DNA of 64,000 nt from an uncultured bacterium (lineage in GTDB: Bacteria > Verrucomicrobiota > Verrucomicrobiia > Verrucomicrobiales > DEV007), in NCBI GenBank assembly GCA_963977015.1, contig CAXBMO010000002.1, forward strand, positions 128,001 through 192,000, in the 5' to 3' direction. Shown here one piece after another: positions 52,123-61,996 of this stretch. A program made the position numbers and the translations under genes. Position 1 is the stretch's first letter. Each line of letters starts with the position of its first letter. Below the pieces are notes generated by a model. It ran no database searches, was not told where the DNA came from, and saw only the letters and a list, made by a program, of their open reading frames with translations.

Positions 52123-53364
52123 CTAGGCTTCTTCAGGTTCCGCCCCCGGGGGCAACTGCGCCGCATGCTCCTGTTCCTCAATCAGCGCTTCCAGCTGCTC
52201 CTCCTTATTCTTGCTCATCACCACGGAGATCCATTTGAAGTCCTCACTTTCATCGAGAGTCATCTTCATCATCATGGTTAGAGGAACCGCCAGGAACATT
52301 CCCACGGGCCCCCAAACCCAGCCCCAGAACAGGACGGAAAGAACGACAACAACCGTCGAAATCCCGAAACGATGCCCCAGTAACGTCGGCTCAATAAAGT
52401 TTCCGATTCCCACATTGATCGCGAGGTAACAGATCGCCACTCCCATACTGGGAAGTCCTCCGCCTCCCGGTTGAATCAAGGCAACCAATACCGGAGGAAT
52501 CGCTGCGACCAGGGAGCCAATGGTAGGAACGTAGTTGAAGAGAAAGGCGACCAGTCCCCACAAGACCGCGAACTGAACCCCGAAAATCGCGCAAACGCCC
52601 CACGCGAGCAATCCAGTCGCAATACTGGCGAGCGTTTTGATTCCCAAATAACGCTGAACTTCCTGTCCCGCGTTTCGAAAACGGCGGAAATTCGGACCAC
52701 GGGCTTCCACCACTTTCTCAATCTTATCGGCAAACTTCCCAGCCTCTCCCAAGATGAAAATCATGAGGATGAAGGCGAAAAACGTCATCGTTACCAACGA
52801 AGTCGTTTTTTGGATGATGTTCACCTGGTTGATCCAATTGAAGAGCGATTTGAGGGAATTGACACTGACGAGCTGCTCGGCGGCAGATTTGACATCAAAC
52901 ACCACCTGAGGAGGTAGCTCGGGTCCTTCCAGCTCGTCTCCTTCGGTCCCGACTTTCGAAGAAAACCAAGTTTGAAGTGGCACCACATGACTGTTGATCC
53001 ACGTCTGCACCGCTTCTGCCCGCTCAATGACGATTTCTTGAAAATCCTTGTCGTATTCGGAAAGACTTTTCTCGAAATCCGGCATGATGTTGGCAATCAC
53101 GACGACCAACAGCGTCAGGAGGGAAACGTGAATCAGAACCGCCATGAGTACGGCGAGCGGCCCGGGAATCCGGTGTGCGCGAAACCATGCCGTGATCGGC
53201 ATACTCAAAATCGCAAGGAACAATCCCAGCAGAATCGGGATCAGAAAATCCTGCGCCGCACGAAGGCCGGCAATGATGACGACGGTGCACGCCAGCGTTA
53301 GCAGCAGTTTGAAACCGCCGTTGCGCCGACTCGGAACTGGGGGGTTCATTCCTTGATCTTCCAC
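52123..53364 (-). CDS. AI-2E family transporter (TqsA/PerM-like)
   Basis: Multiple TMs; FNYVPTIGS, GNFIEP, FWGWVWGPVGMFLAVP. Confidence 0.9.
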   Translation of the reverse strand: MEDQGMNPPVPSRRNGGFKLLLTLACTVVIIAGLRAAQDFLIPILLGLFLAILSMPITAWFRAHRIPGPLAVLMAVLIHVSLLTLLVVVIANIMPDFEKSLSEYDKDFQEIVIERAEAVQTWINSHVVPLQTWFSSKVGTEGDELEGPELPPQVVFDVKSAAEQLVSVNSLKSLFNWINQVNIIQKTTSLVTMTFFAFILMIFILGEAGKFADKIEKVVEARGPNFRRFRNAGQEVQRYLGIKTLASIATGLLAWGVCAIFGVQFAVLWGLVAFLFNYVPTIGSLVAAIPPVLVALIQPGGGGLPSMGVAICYLAINVGIGNFIEPTLLGHRFGISTVVVVLSVLFWGWVWGPVGMFLAVPLTMMMKMTLDESEDFKWISVVMSKNKEEQLEALIEEQEHAAQLPPGAEPEEA

Positions 53365-53472
53365 AAGTGCTTAGACTCGCCCCGAAGTGGAATACTCACA
53401 ACCCGAAAAAGACAATCCTCCTGTCGTTTTTCCAAAATTCTCCGCTTGCAGACCGCTATCGAACAGAAGTTT

Positions 53473-54039
53473 TCAGGATTCTGAATCGGCCCACTCGTTG
53501 AGCACTTCCCCCAGTCCCTCATCAGCATTGCCCATTTTGGCCGCCTGCTGCACAACGAGAGCTTTTGCAAACGCCTGACTGCCAATCGCACCTTCTCCAG
53601 AGCTGACAGCTTGTGCCAAGCCGTTCAATTCATCCGCCAAGGCGCCCAAATCACGCAGGAGCGCCACCTCGCGGCGGAACGAATCGAGATCAAACGAACG
53701 CGGCAAAATTCGCTCATTCGCTTCGGCAACTTGCAACGCCCGTTCGACAAAGGATCTTCCACCTTCGCCCATTCGATGCATCAGACACGACTCTCCCACC
53801 GTGTATTCGTCGAGAAAGGCAAACCGCTGTTGAAGCTCGGTTACCGATTGGCGGGCATCATCCAACGGCGAAGACTTCTTCCGTTTGGAACCGGCTGTCG
53901 AAGGTGAATCCAAAGGCGCTTTCAACCGGTTTTTAGCTGAATGTTTTCCCCTTTCCGTCGAGTCTCCCAACGCGGTTTTGGACTCTCCCGAGCGAAAAAT
54001 TTCGAGTAAATTGGCCTTGGAATCGGACATGGGATCCAA
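53473..54039 (-). CDS. Conserved hypothetical alpha-helical protein
   Basis: RMGE..RSFV.RAL......ILPRSFD..GSQAF..AL pattern recalls a widespread uncharacterised family. Confidence 0.6.
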   Translation of the reverse strand: MDPMSDSKANLLEIFRSGESKTALGDSTERGKHSAKNRLKAPLDSPSTAGSKRKKSSPLDDARQSVTELQQRFAFLDEYTVGESCLMHRMGEGGRSFVERALQVAEANERILPRSFDLDSFRREVALLRDLGALADELNGLAQAVSSGEGAIGSQAFAKALVVQQAAKMGNADEGLGEVLNEWADSES

Positions 54040-54120
54040 ATCTACTGTTTGAAGCCGAAAAGACGATTAAAATTTTAATAATTTCGAGAATTCAAACTTC
54101 TCTAAAATTTCTTCAACGTG

Positions 54121-54525
54121 TCAATCGTCCCGCGAAGGCTTGCGCCGCAAACGCTTCGTGTTGCTGCGACGTCGCTTTTGCTCAGTCATCCGGGCTCGAG
54201 ATGCAGCGCTGGGTCGTCGATTCCGAACCCTGGCCCGGGCCGCCGTCCGTTGGCGGCGTAGTTTCCGTTGCCGGCGTTCTTCCTCAAAAATCTCGCAGAT
54301 CTGGGACCGGGCGATATAGCGATTCATCGCTCGCGAACGGCCACTCTGGCATTTCACTTCATGCCCGCTTGGCTCGTGTTTCAACCAGACGCAGGAGTGC
54401 GTTTTGTTGATCTTTTGCCCACCGCTTCCGGTTCCAAGCACGAACTTTTCCGCCAAGTCATCTTCCAAGATGCCCAGGCTCTCCATACGCTCCTCGAGCG
54501 CGCTCTGTTTTTCTGCGGAGATCAT
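54121..54525 (-). CDS. arfB: Peptidyl-tRNA hydrolase ArfB-like ribosome rescue factor
   Basis: GSGGQKINKT (GGQ), KCQ..RS...NR, basic C-terminal tail. Confidence 0.85.
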   Translation of the reverse strand: MISAEKQSALEERMESLGILEDDLAEKFVLGTGSGGQKINKTHSCVWLKHEPSGHEVKCQSGRSRAMNRYIARSQICEIFEEERRQRKLRRQRTAARARVRNRRPSAASRARMTEQKRRRSNTKRLRRKPSRDD

Positions 54526-54654
54526 GAGATGGGTTCATGCGTTAGGACATCATACCCGGTATTTCAGCTTCGTAAAGGAGATTGGCGGGATGCGCCGCCA
54601 GTTCCAGATCGAGAAATTCCCCGTCCCGAAGCTGGCGGCGCCCGATTTTCGTCC

Positions 54655-55875
54655 TCATCCGGCCTGCGGAATCGGCGGAGGTGAAGGCCTTCGCGATTTT
54701 GCCGAGTCGGCGAACAACTTGGGCCAATCAACTTTCGCCGTCATCCACATGAGCAGAGCCAAGGTCACGATCGCTCCAATCGTAATCGTCAACCCGCTGA
54801 GCCCTTCGAAAAAGAAACTGTAGCTGAAAAGCACCATGTAGGCGGTTTGCGCCATCGCCGTGACGAAGGCGAATTGCCTTCCCGCAACCGCCCAAACGTA
54901 GGAACAGACGAGCAGCAGCGAAACGATACAGGAAATGACGAACGACACGTGGAGCGGAACGACATCGACGAGATAGGCCAACAGGAGTTGGAACGCGAAG
55001 TATCCAGCGGCGAGGAAGAAGTAGTTCATCGGGTGCAGATTCTTGTTCGTCGCCATCCCGACAATGACGAGCACAGCAAAAAAGAAGAGCAGCGAAATCG
55101 GCGCGAAGAAGGTGATGCGCTCAACAGTCGGGCCCGGATTGAGCACCGAAGGCATGCTCATCCCGATCGCGTTGGCTGCGATCACATCCGGATAGACCCA
55201 TTCCAGATTCCAACCTCCATCGGGTGAGGACTCGCGTTGGTTCGGCGATCCTGTCCCGTGAGGAAAATCGATCTCTTCAAAGTCGGTCTTCATCGCCAGG
55301 GTGAAGTTTCGAATTCGGGGATTCTCCCCAAAAACATAGCGCCACGAGTCGAGTCCGCGCGAGCGATACGCGATTGTGACCGGAGTGCTCGCCCCCGCTT
55401 CCAAATGAACCGCCTCGGTGATTTTCCCTTCTCTTGGAGTTCGTTGGGTCGACTCTGATTCGCCCACCCGAAGCTTGAAGTCATCGTAGCTGGTTCCCTT
55501 GGCGGGAAGCTCGAACTCCACGTAAACGGTCTGCCGAATCGGAGTGGGATTCGCAACCTCATACGTCGCCAGGAAATCGACCTCGTAAGTTCGATACCAG
55601 AGCAGCCCTTTCTTCTTTCGATCATAAGCCAAGTTCACGGATACGTCGCTGGCTTCAGGCTGAATTTCCCGCATCGATTTTCGATTCGTGGGCGAAGCAT
55701 AGAAAATCCGCGGGTGTTTCTGAACCATTGGTGGCCCCCAGTTTCCTTCCACATTCAGACACAGTTTGGCGTCCTGTTGGTTGGTTCGGTAGGCAACGGT
55801 TTCACGAAGAAGATGCCAACCGAGGCTGGTTGCGGCGAAGATTCCGCCGATCGCGACAAGATGGATGAGTTTCAT
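54655..55875 (-). CDS. Inner membrane CreD-like protein
   Basis: N-terminal TM, periplasmic domain, six C-terminal TMs with LHPMNY and LM..T..VDW motifs. Confidence 0.78.
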   Translation of the reverse strand: MKLIHLVAIGGIFAATSLGWHLLRETVAYRTNQQDAKLCLNVEGNWGPPMVQKHPRIFYASPTNRKSMREIQPEASDVSVNLAYDRKKKGLLWYRTYEVDFLATYEVANPTPIRQTVYVEFELPAKGTSYDDFKLRVGESESTQRTPREGKITEAVHLEAGASTPVTIAYRSRGLDSWRYVFGENPRIRNFTLAMKTDFEEIDFPHGTGSPNQRESSPDGGWNLEWVYPDVIAANAIGMSMPSVLNPGPTVERITFFAPISLLFFFAVLVIVGMATNKNLHPMNYFFLAAGYFAFQLLLAYLVDVVPLHVSFVISCIVSLLLVCSYVWAVAGRQFAFVTAMAQTAYMVLFSYSFFFEGLSGLTITIGAIVTLALLMWMTAKVDWPKLFADSAKSRRPSPPPIPQAG

Positions 55876-55901
55876 TGGTCGATGGAGTTTGGGTGCGTTG
55901 T

Positions 55902-57590
55902 TTATTCGTTGGCGGCAGGCCGGCGGTAGAAGACTTCAACCGTCGGCGCGTCGCCCTGACAGAGTTGCTTGAGAAGGGTCACGGAGTTGGCGCCCGTGGA
56001 ACTCGCCGCGGGCTCCAGGTTTCCATCCACCGCACTGATGACGAAGATCCCGGGAATCCTGAGATTCCAACTGAGTTGGTGAATGAAGAGCGGTGTCTCC
56101 GGCAGACCCAGAGTCAGATTTCCCTCGATTTCCGAGAGGGGCTCGCCGCGATATGCATAGTCCAGCGCGACCTGCGTTTGGCAGGATTCACAGGGCGTCA
56201 AGGTTAGCTCAATCGTCCGTTCATCGCGCGCCACGGGAGTCGTCGGCTGATTGTTGACGGTGCATTTCAGCACTTCGCATCCTTCCGGCAAGGTAGTTTG
56301 CCAGACCAGGGTACTGTCATGATCAATCGTGTAGGCCGCCCGGTTCAAGGTCTGCCCGTTCCTCTCAAGTTGCGTTTCGAAGTTCGCCTCCGCGATGGTT
56401 GCTTGCGCAGTTGAGCGCCGGGGAAGCCAACGCGGCTGAACTTCAGCATCGTCGGTGGATTGTAGACTCACGTAATCCGCATTTCCAAGCTGCTCCTGAA
56501 ACCAGGGGGAAATGCGCTGCGCTTGCGCGGAGGCGACCACGCCATCGCCCTCCACTTCGAGCCCTTCCGCCAGCGGAATCACAAATAGAGCGCGGGCCGA
56601 TTCGCCATTCTCCGCCTTTGGGACAAAAAGCGGCCACACTTCAGCGAGGGGCGAAACGGGAAGCTCAAATCTCAATTGAATCTGGCGATCCAACGTTCCG
56701 GCGTCTTCCCAACTCACCTGATACCGCAATTCCCCTTCTCCAGTCCGAGTTGGCCGGGTTGCGGCGATTGAGTCGCTTTGAACGGCAACGTTGCGAGCGT
56801 TCTTCGGTAGTTGCAGGGCCATTTCATCGCCTGCCCCGGTTCTGTCCTGGGCAAAAAGTCGTGCCTCGTAGTGCAAAGCTCCGTCATCGTAGCGGGTCAG
56901 GATTTGAGAGGAAACATCCCACGAACTTGGGACGGCGACTTTGGGTCTCGCGGAATCCTCCATCGCCGCGATCAGCCCCAACTTCAGCGAACCCAAATTC
57001 TGCGAAAGCGCGGTGGTCGCCGTTCCGTTCATCACCGGCAGCGGAGAACCATTGAGCTCCAACCCGCGATCCCGCGGCACACCAACAACGCTTAAAACCT
57101 GAACCGTCGCATTGCGCGGGACGAGATCCAGAATCAGCTCTCGTCGCCCACCCTTCCGAGTTTTGGAGAACGCCAGCGTCACCGCGCTCTCACCCGCTTC
57201 ATCGCGGAGCAAAACATAACCATCGTCTTTCCAGACCACGCTCGCGCCGGCCGGTTCCACACTCACCAATTGGGCGGATCCGCCGAGAAGCGGGATGGAA
57301 TGCCAGCCATCCTCAAAACTCTCGACTTCGAACGTGACCGAAAGCTGGATCGTTTCTTCGCCAATCCCAACGTCCGCCTTCATCGATCGCACCACGGCCT
57401 GAACCGGGGGTTGGGCTTCCTCCGGTTCGACACTACGCGCCTTCGCCGCCTCCCACAGCTCCTTCACTTCGGAATACGGGAGGGTGACCTGCGCCTGCTT
57501 CGATTCAAAGAGCGACAATTCCTGGCCTTGAGCGATTCCTCCCTGAAACATCAGGCCAACCGACATCATCCACACGGTTCGTGTTTTCAT
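55902..57590 (-). CDS. Exported hypothetical protein, first gene of the creD-like operon
   Basis: Signal peptide, beta-rich 562 aa, 26 bp upstream of the creD-like gene. Confidence 0.75.
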   Translation of the reverse strand: MKTRTVWMMSVGLMFQGGIAQGQELSLFESKQAQVTLPYSEVKELWEAAKARSVEPEEAQPPVQAVVRSMKADVGIGEETIQLSVTFEVESFEDGWHSIPLLGGSAQLVSVEPAGASVVWKDDGYVLLRDEAGESAVTLAFSKTRKGGRRELILDLVPRNATVQVLSVVGVPRDRGLELNGSPLPVMNGTATTALSQNLGSLKLGLIAAMEDSARPKVAVPSSWDVSSQILTRYDDGALHYEARLFAQDRTGAGDEMALQLPKNARNVAVQSDSIAATRPTRTGEGELRYQVSWEDAGTLDRQIQLRFELPVSPLAEVWPLFVPKAENGESARALFVIPLAEGLEVEGDGVVASAQAQRISPWFQEQLGNADYVSLQSTDDAEVQPRWLPRRSTAQATIAEANFETQLERNGQTLNRAAYTIDHDSTLVWQTTLPEGCEVLKCTVNNQPTTPVARDERTIELTLTPCESCQTQVALDYAYRGEPLSEIEGNLTLGLPETPLFIHQLSWNLRIPGIFVISAVDGNLEPAASSTGANSVTLLKQLCQGDAPTVEVFYRRPAANE

Positions 57591-57613
57591 GACGCCGAGA
57601 CTGGAGCCTCCGT

Positions 57614-57651
57614 GTGACGGTTTTATGAAGCTCGTGTGAATTGACCGTGAA
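57614..57651 (-). promoter_or_regulatory. CreB/OmpR-family tandem binding site (cre-tag)
   Basis: Minus strand TTCAC-N6-TTCAC-N6-TTCAT-N6-GTCAC, 11-bp period, upstream of the creD-like operon. Confidence 0.75.
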
Positions 57652-57714
57652 AATCGGGTGCGTTGATTCTCCCAAAATGCGCCGGTTTCACTTGAGCCGG
57701 TTTCGATTCACGAG

Positions 57715-60700
57715 ATGGTTTCGCCAATGAATCTTCAAACCCCGCAATTGGTTCTCCTCGTTTCCCTGCTTCTTGGACCGGCCGTTCTTTTCGCCCAGAC
57801 CTTTCCCCAACCCTACAATAGTGAGCCGGATCAAACTGCGGAGCCGCCGTCGCCGCAGGAAGCTCTCAAGCTATTTCAGCTTCCCGACGGGTTTACGGCT
57901 GATCTCTTTGCCGCCGAGCCCGAGGTGCAGAATCCGATTGCGATGGCCTGGGATTGGCGCGGCAGAATGTGGGTCGCGGAAAACTACACCTATGCGGAAC
58001 GGGAAAAACGGTTTGATCTCGCCCTGCGCGACCGGGTCCTCATCCTCGAAGATTCCAACGGAGATGGAGAGGCGGATTCCCGAACCGTTTTCGCCGACAA
58101 TCTCCAGTATCTCACCAGCGTGGAAATTGGTCGTGGCGGCGTTTGGTTGATGTGCCCACCTCAATTGCTCTTCGTCCCGGATGCGAATGAAGACGACGTT
58201 CCCGATGGTCAGCCCGAGGTGGTTTTGGATGGATTCACCGTCGCGGAAAGCAACTACCACAATTTTGCGAACGGATTGCGATGGGGGCCCGATGGGTGGC
58301 TGTATGGCCGCTGCGGACACTCCTGCCCCGGCAGGCTCGGGATCCCTGGAACGCCCGAGGCCGACCGAATTCCGATGAAAGGCGGAATCTGGAGATTTCA
58401 TCCCGAGCGCAAGGTCGTGGAGGTGCTGACCCATGGAACGACGAATCCCTGGGGTCACGACTGGGATGCGCACGGCGAACTCTTTTTCATCAACACCGTC
58501 AACGGCCACTTGTGGCACGGAATTCACGGCGCCCATTTCAAAGAGAGTTTTGGCCAGGATCCGAACCCCGGCGTTTACGAGCGACTCGACATGCATGCCG
58601 ATCACTGGCATTTCGACACCACCGGCAAGTGGTCGGATTCTCGCGGTGGCAAGGCGAACGACTACGGCGGGGGACACGCCCACATCGGAATGATGATCTA
58701 TCAGGGCGACGCCTGGCCGAAGCACTTTCACGGCCGGCTCATGACCTTGAACATGCATGGCTTTCGCACCAACGTGGAGCGACTCGAACGTCATGGCAGT
58801 GGCTACCTTGGGCGGCATGAAGAAGACGTTTTCCTGATGGGCGATTCGTGGTTTCGAGGAATCGACATCCGACAGGGCCCGGATGGCTCTGCCTACCTTC
58901 TTGATTGGAGCGATACCGGTGAATGCCACGAGCACACCGGCGTTCATCGCACGAGCGGTCGCATTTACCGGATAAGCTATGGCGAATCGCAAGCTGCCGG
59001 CATCGCCGATTTGGCGATGATTTGTGAAGCGATCGCGCTCGGTGTCTGGGAACCGGCAGTTGCCCCGGTTCACCGGCTCCTCAATCATCCGAACCCCTGG
59101 TTTGAGCGCCAATTGCGCAGCATTCTGGTTTCCGCAAAAAACTCCGGTCAGAACGTTGATGATATCACCTCCCAGCTTTCCAGCGCCGCCCTCGCCAAGG
59201 AAACCACGCTGGTTACCCATCGCCTGCGAGCCCTTTGGACGCTTCACGCTCTGGGAGAAACTTCGCCTGAAATGCTCCGGAGTTTTCTTGCGGCAGACGA
59301 CGAGCACCTTCGCGTTTGGAGCATCCGCCTACTCACGGACAGCCAGCCGATGGATACGGGATTGGGGCCGAGGATGGCAAATATGCCCAAACCGCTTCCA
59401 ACGGCTGACATCAACAAGTTCGTCGAACTCGCCAAGACGGATTCGTCCGGACTCGTCCGATTGGCGCTCGCCAGCGCGTTGCAACGTCTTCCTCTCGACC
59501 AACGCGCGGAGTTGGGAAGCGCCCTCGCCGCTCGCGATGAAGACGCCGGAGACCACAATCTCCCGTCAATGGTTTGGTATGGGTTGATTCCACTGGCCGA
59601 GTCCAACCCCGCCGCGTTGGTTCAGTTGGCCGCAACCAGCGAATGGCCGACGCTCCTCAATTGGCTGGCGCGGAGTCTTTCCGGTGGGCAAGAAGACCAG
59701 ACGTCTTCGCTCAACACGTTGCTCGCTCAAAACACAACGCGAGAACCGCAAATTCAAACGGCAATTCTGCAGGGAATCAGCGATGGAATGCAGGGGCTCC
59801 GCCAAGCGACGAAACCGGAGTCCTGGGATTCCTTTGCCGCTTCGGTCGATCCGGGCAATGCGGAACTGGCTCAACTCACTCAGGAATTGAGCGTCCTTTT
59901 CGGGGACGGCCGGGCGCTGGATGCGATCCGGAAAATCGCGCTCGATCAGAAGGCCGATCTGGCGATGCGAAAAGCAGCATTGCAAACCTTGATCGAGAAT
60001 CGCCCGCCCGATCTGCGCGAGATTTGCGAATCCCTGCTCAATCAGCGGATCATCAACACCGTCGCGGTCGGCGGACTGGCCATCTATGACGATCCCAAAA
60101 TCGGGAACTCGCTTGCCCAAAACTACCGCAGATTCTATCCCGCCGAGCGATCCGCCGTCATCTCGACGCTGGTTTCACGTCCCGCCTGGGCCTCGGCCCT
60201 GCTCGCCGAGATGAAGGCTGGAAAAATTCCAAAAGCAGACCTCACCGCGTTTCAAGCCCGCCAGATCCGCTCATTCGCCGATGAGAAACTCACCCGTGAA
60301 CTGGAATCCGTTTGGGGAAAGCTTCGCGATTCCTCGGAGGAGAAACGAAAGCAAATCGCGGAATGGAAGGACAAACTGAGCCCCGAATTTCTCGCCGATT
60401 CCGACTTGAGCCGTGGCCGGGTTCTCTTTCAAGCGGTGTGCGGTGCCTGCCATATCATGTATGGCGAAGGTGGCAAAATTGGGCCCGACTTGACTGGCTC
60501 CGGACGCGCCGACCTCGACTATTTGGTCGAGAACATCTTTGATCCCAGCGCGGTGGTTGGCGCCGACTACCAGATGTCCATCATCACGTTGACCGATGGA
60601 CGCGTCCTAACCGGAGTCATCACTTCCGAGAACGATCGAACCCTGACGCTACGTCAGGCAACCGAAGAAACGACGCTCGAAATCAGCGCCATCGCCAAGC

Positions 60701-60825
60701 GGGAAACCTCTCCCGTCTCGATGATGCCGGAAGGTCTTCTCCTCGCGTTTGGGCCCGAGCAGGTTCGCGATCTGATCGCCTATCTTCAGCATCCCCGCCA
60801 GGTTTCGCTGCCTGAGATTCCCTGA
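57715..60825 (+). CDS. PVC-type heme-binding CxxCH protein (membrane-bound dehydrogenase-like propeller, HEAT repeats, cytochrome c)
   Basis: LFAAEP..NPIAM.WD.RGRMWV, WGPDGWLY, CGACH, GPDLT, SMMPEGL. Confidence 0.9.
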   Translation: MVSPMNLQTPQLVLLVSLLLGPAVLFAQTFPQPYNSEPDQTAEPPSPQEALKLFQLPDGFTADLFAAEPEVQNPIAMAWDWRGRMWVAENYTYAEREKRFDLALRDRVLILEDSNGDGEADSRTVFADNLQYLTSVEIGRGGVWLMCPPQLLFVPDANEDDVPDGQPEVVLDGFTVAESNYHNFANGLRWGPDGWLYGRCGHSCPGRLGIPGTPEADRIPMKGGIWRFHPERKVVEVLTHGTTNPWGHDWDAHGELFFINTVNGHLWHGIHGAHFKESFGQDPNPGVYERLDMHADHWHFDTTGKWSDSRGGKANDYGGGHAHIGMMIYQGDAWPKHFHGRLMTLNMHGFRTNVERLERHGSGYLGRHEEDVFLMGDSWFRGIDIRQGPDGSAYLLDWSDTGECHEHTGVHRTSGRIYRISYGESQAAGIADLAMICEAIALGVWEPAVAPVHRLLNHPNPWFERQLRSILVSAKNSGQNVDDITSQLSSAALAKETTLVTHRLRALWTLHALGETSPEMLRSFLAADDEHLRVWSIRLLTDSQPMDTGLGPRMANMPKPLPTADINKFVELAKTDSSGLVRLALASALQRLPLDQRAELGSALAARDEDAGDHNLPSMVWYGLIPLAESNPAALVQLAATSEWPTLLNWLARSLSGGQEDQTSSLNTLLAQNTTREPQIQTAILQGISDGMQGLRQATKPESWDSFAASVDPGNAELAQLTQELSVLFGDGRALDAIRKIALDQKADLAMRKAALQTLIENRPPDLREICESLLNQRIINTVAVGGLAIYDDPKIGNSLAQNYRRFYPAERSAVISTLVSRPAWASALLAEMKAGKIPKADLTAFQARQIRSFADEKLTRELESVWGKLRDSSEEKRKQIAEWKDKLSPEFLADSDLSRGRVLFQAVCGACHIMYGEGGKIGPDLTGSGRADLDYLVENIFDPSAVVGADYQMSIITLTDGRVLTGVITSENDRTLTLRQATEETTLEISAIAKRETSPVSMMPEGLLLAFGPEQVRDLIAYLQHPRQVSLPEIP

Positions 60826-60836
60826 CCGCGTTGCAA

Positions 60837-61853
60837 TCAGTTTGATCGCCGCTGAGCAAAGAGCCAATCCCAGATTTTGGGCGTGGGATCACAACGATCA
60901 TTCGTCTGCTGCGTTTGCCAACCGGCTTCCACATCGTTGGCATCAAAGACGAACGCGTAAGCCGCCGCCCCGTGACCTACTCCCGCCAATTCGGTGTATT
61001 TCATATTCCCACCAACCTCACGAAGCGCCGCGAACAACTCCTGGCTGGTTCGAACCGGCACTTTGTCATCATTCGCTCCGTGAAAGGCCCAAATTGGCAC
61101 CTTGCGGAACGTCGCCACGCGCTCGGGAGGATGCCCTCCACAAACCGGAATCGCAGCCGCGAACAAATCCGGACGCTGATGGATTGCGGCCCAACTGCCA
61201 TAGCCGCCCATCGACGCGCCTAAAACGTAGATCCGATTCCGGTCAATCGGGTGCTCCTGCACGAGTTTCTCAACGAGACTCAACGCCTGGGGCAGAAAAT
61301 TCTTCGGCTCCTTTTTGGCGCCAAGAAGTCCATGAAAATCCTCACGCGTGCCCCAGGTTCCGTCGGCCTGCGGAACCGCGACGAAAGCCGGATGTTGACT
61401 CCGCAATGCTTCGTCAACCAAGGGCGCCATCCAACCGACCAGGTTGCTCTTGTTGTCAGCCCCCTTCCCTCCGGCTCCGTGGAGCGCGAGAATCAGCGGA
61501 TACTTTTCACCGGCTATCTGCTTGAGAGGCGCCATCCAACGATAAGGAAGCTCTCCGTGATTTTTGGCTTCGAAGAATGCTTCCAACTCCTGGCCCGGAA
61601 TTCGCGAGGTCGCTCGACTCGGCATCCCGGGCGCCGACTTGGGATTCGACTTCGAGCGGCGGTCCGCAAGGAACGCTCGCGCTTCATCCATTGTCAGCTC
61701 TCCATCTTGATTCGCATCAGCTTCAGGGTGCTTCTTGAACAGTGCCTCCAATCGCGTTGCTCTCGGGTCATCAGCTTGAGCGAAAGAAAAGCAGATCATT
61801 CCCGAACTGGCGACAAAGAGAGCGAAACGGAACTTCATGGTCATGAAACCCAC
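60837..61853 (-). CDS. Exported alpha/beta hydrolase (predicted peptidase/esterase) with N-terminal EF-hand-like motif
   Basis: DANQDGELT; LHGAG, GASMGG nucleophile elbow, FHGANDDKV, GVGH. Confidence 0.85.
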   Translation of the reverse strand: MGFMTMKFRFALFVASSGMICFSFAQADDPRATRLEALFKKHPEADANQDGELTMDEARAFLADRRSKSNPKSAPGMPSRATSRIPGQELEAFFEAKNHGELPYRWMAPLKQIAGEKYPLILALHGAGGKGADNKSNLVGWMAPLVDEALRSQHPAFVAVPQADGTWGTREDFHGLLGAKKEPKNFLPQALSLVEKLVQEHPIDRNRIYVLGASMGGYGSWAAIHQRPDLFAAAIPVCGGHPPERVATFRKVPIWAFHGANDDKVPVRTSQELFAALREVGGNMKYTELAGVGHGAAAYAFVFDANDVEAGWQTQQTNDRCDPTPKIWDWLFAQRRSN

Positions 61854-61996
61854 ATTGAAGCAGGGAGTTGCTCTCCCATTTTTCCGATTTTTTTAGACCC
61901 ACCAGACCCAGTCAACCATCCGAGTCTCAGTATTTCCCACAAAATCCCCACAGGAAAACAGTTGGCGAATCGGGAATCCGCCTAACAGTAGACCCT

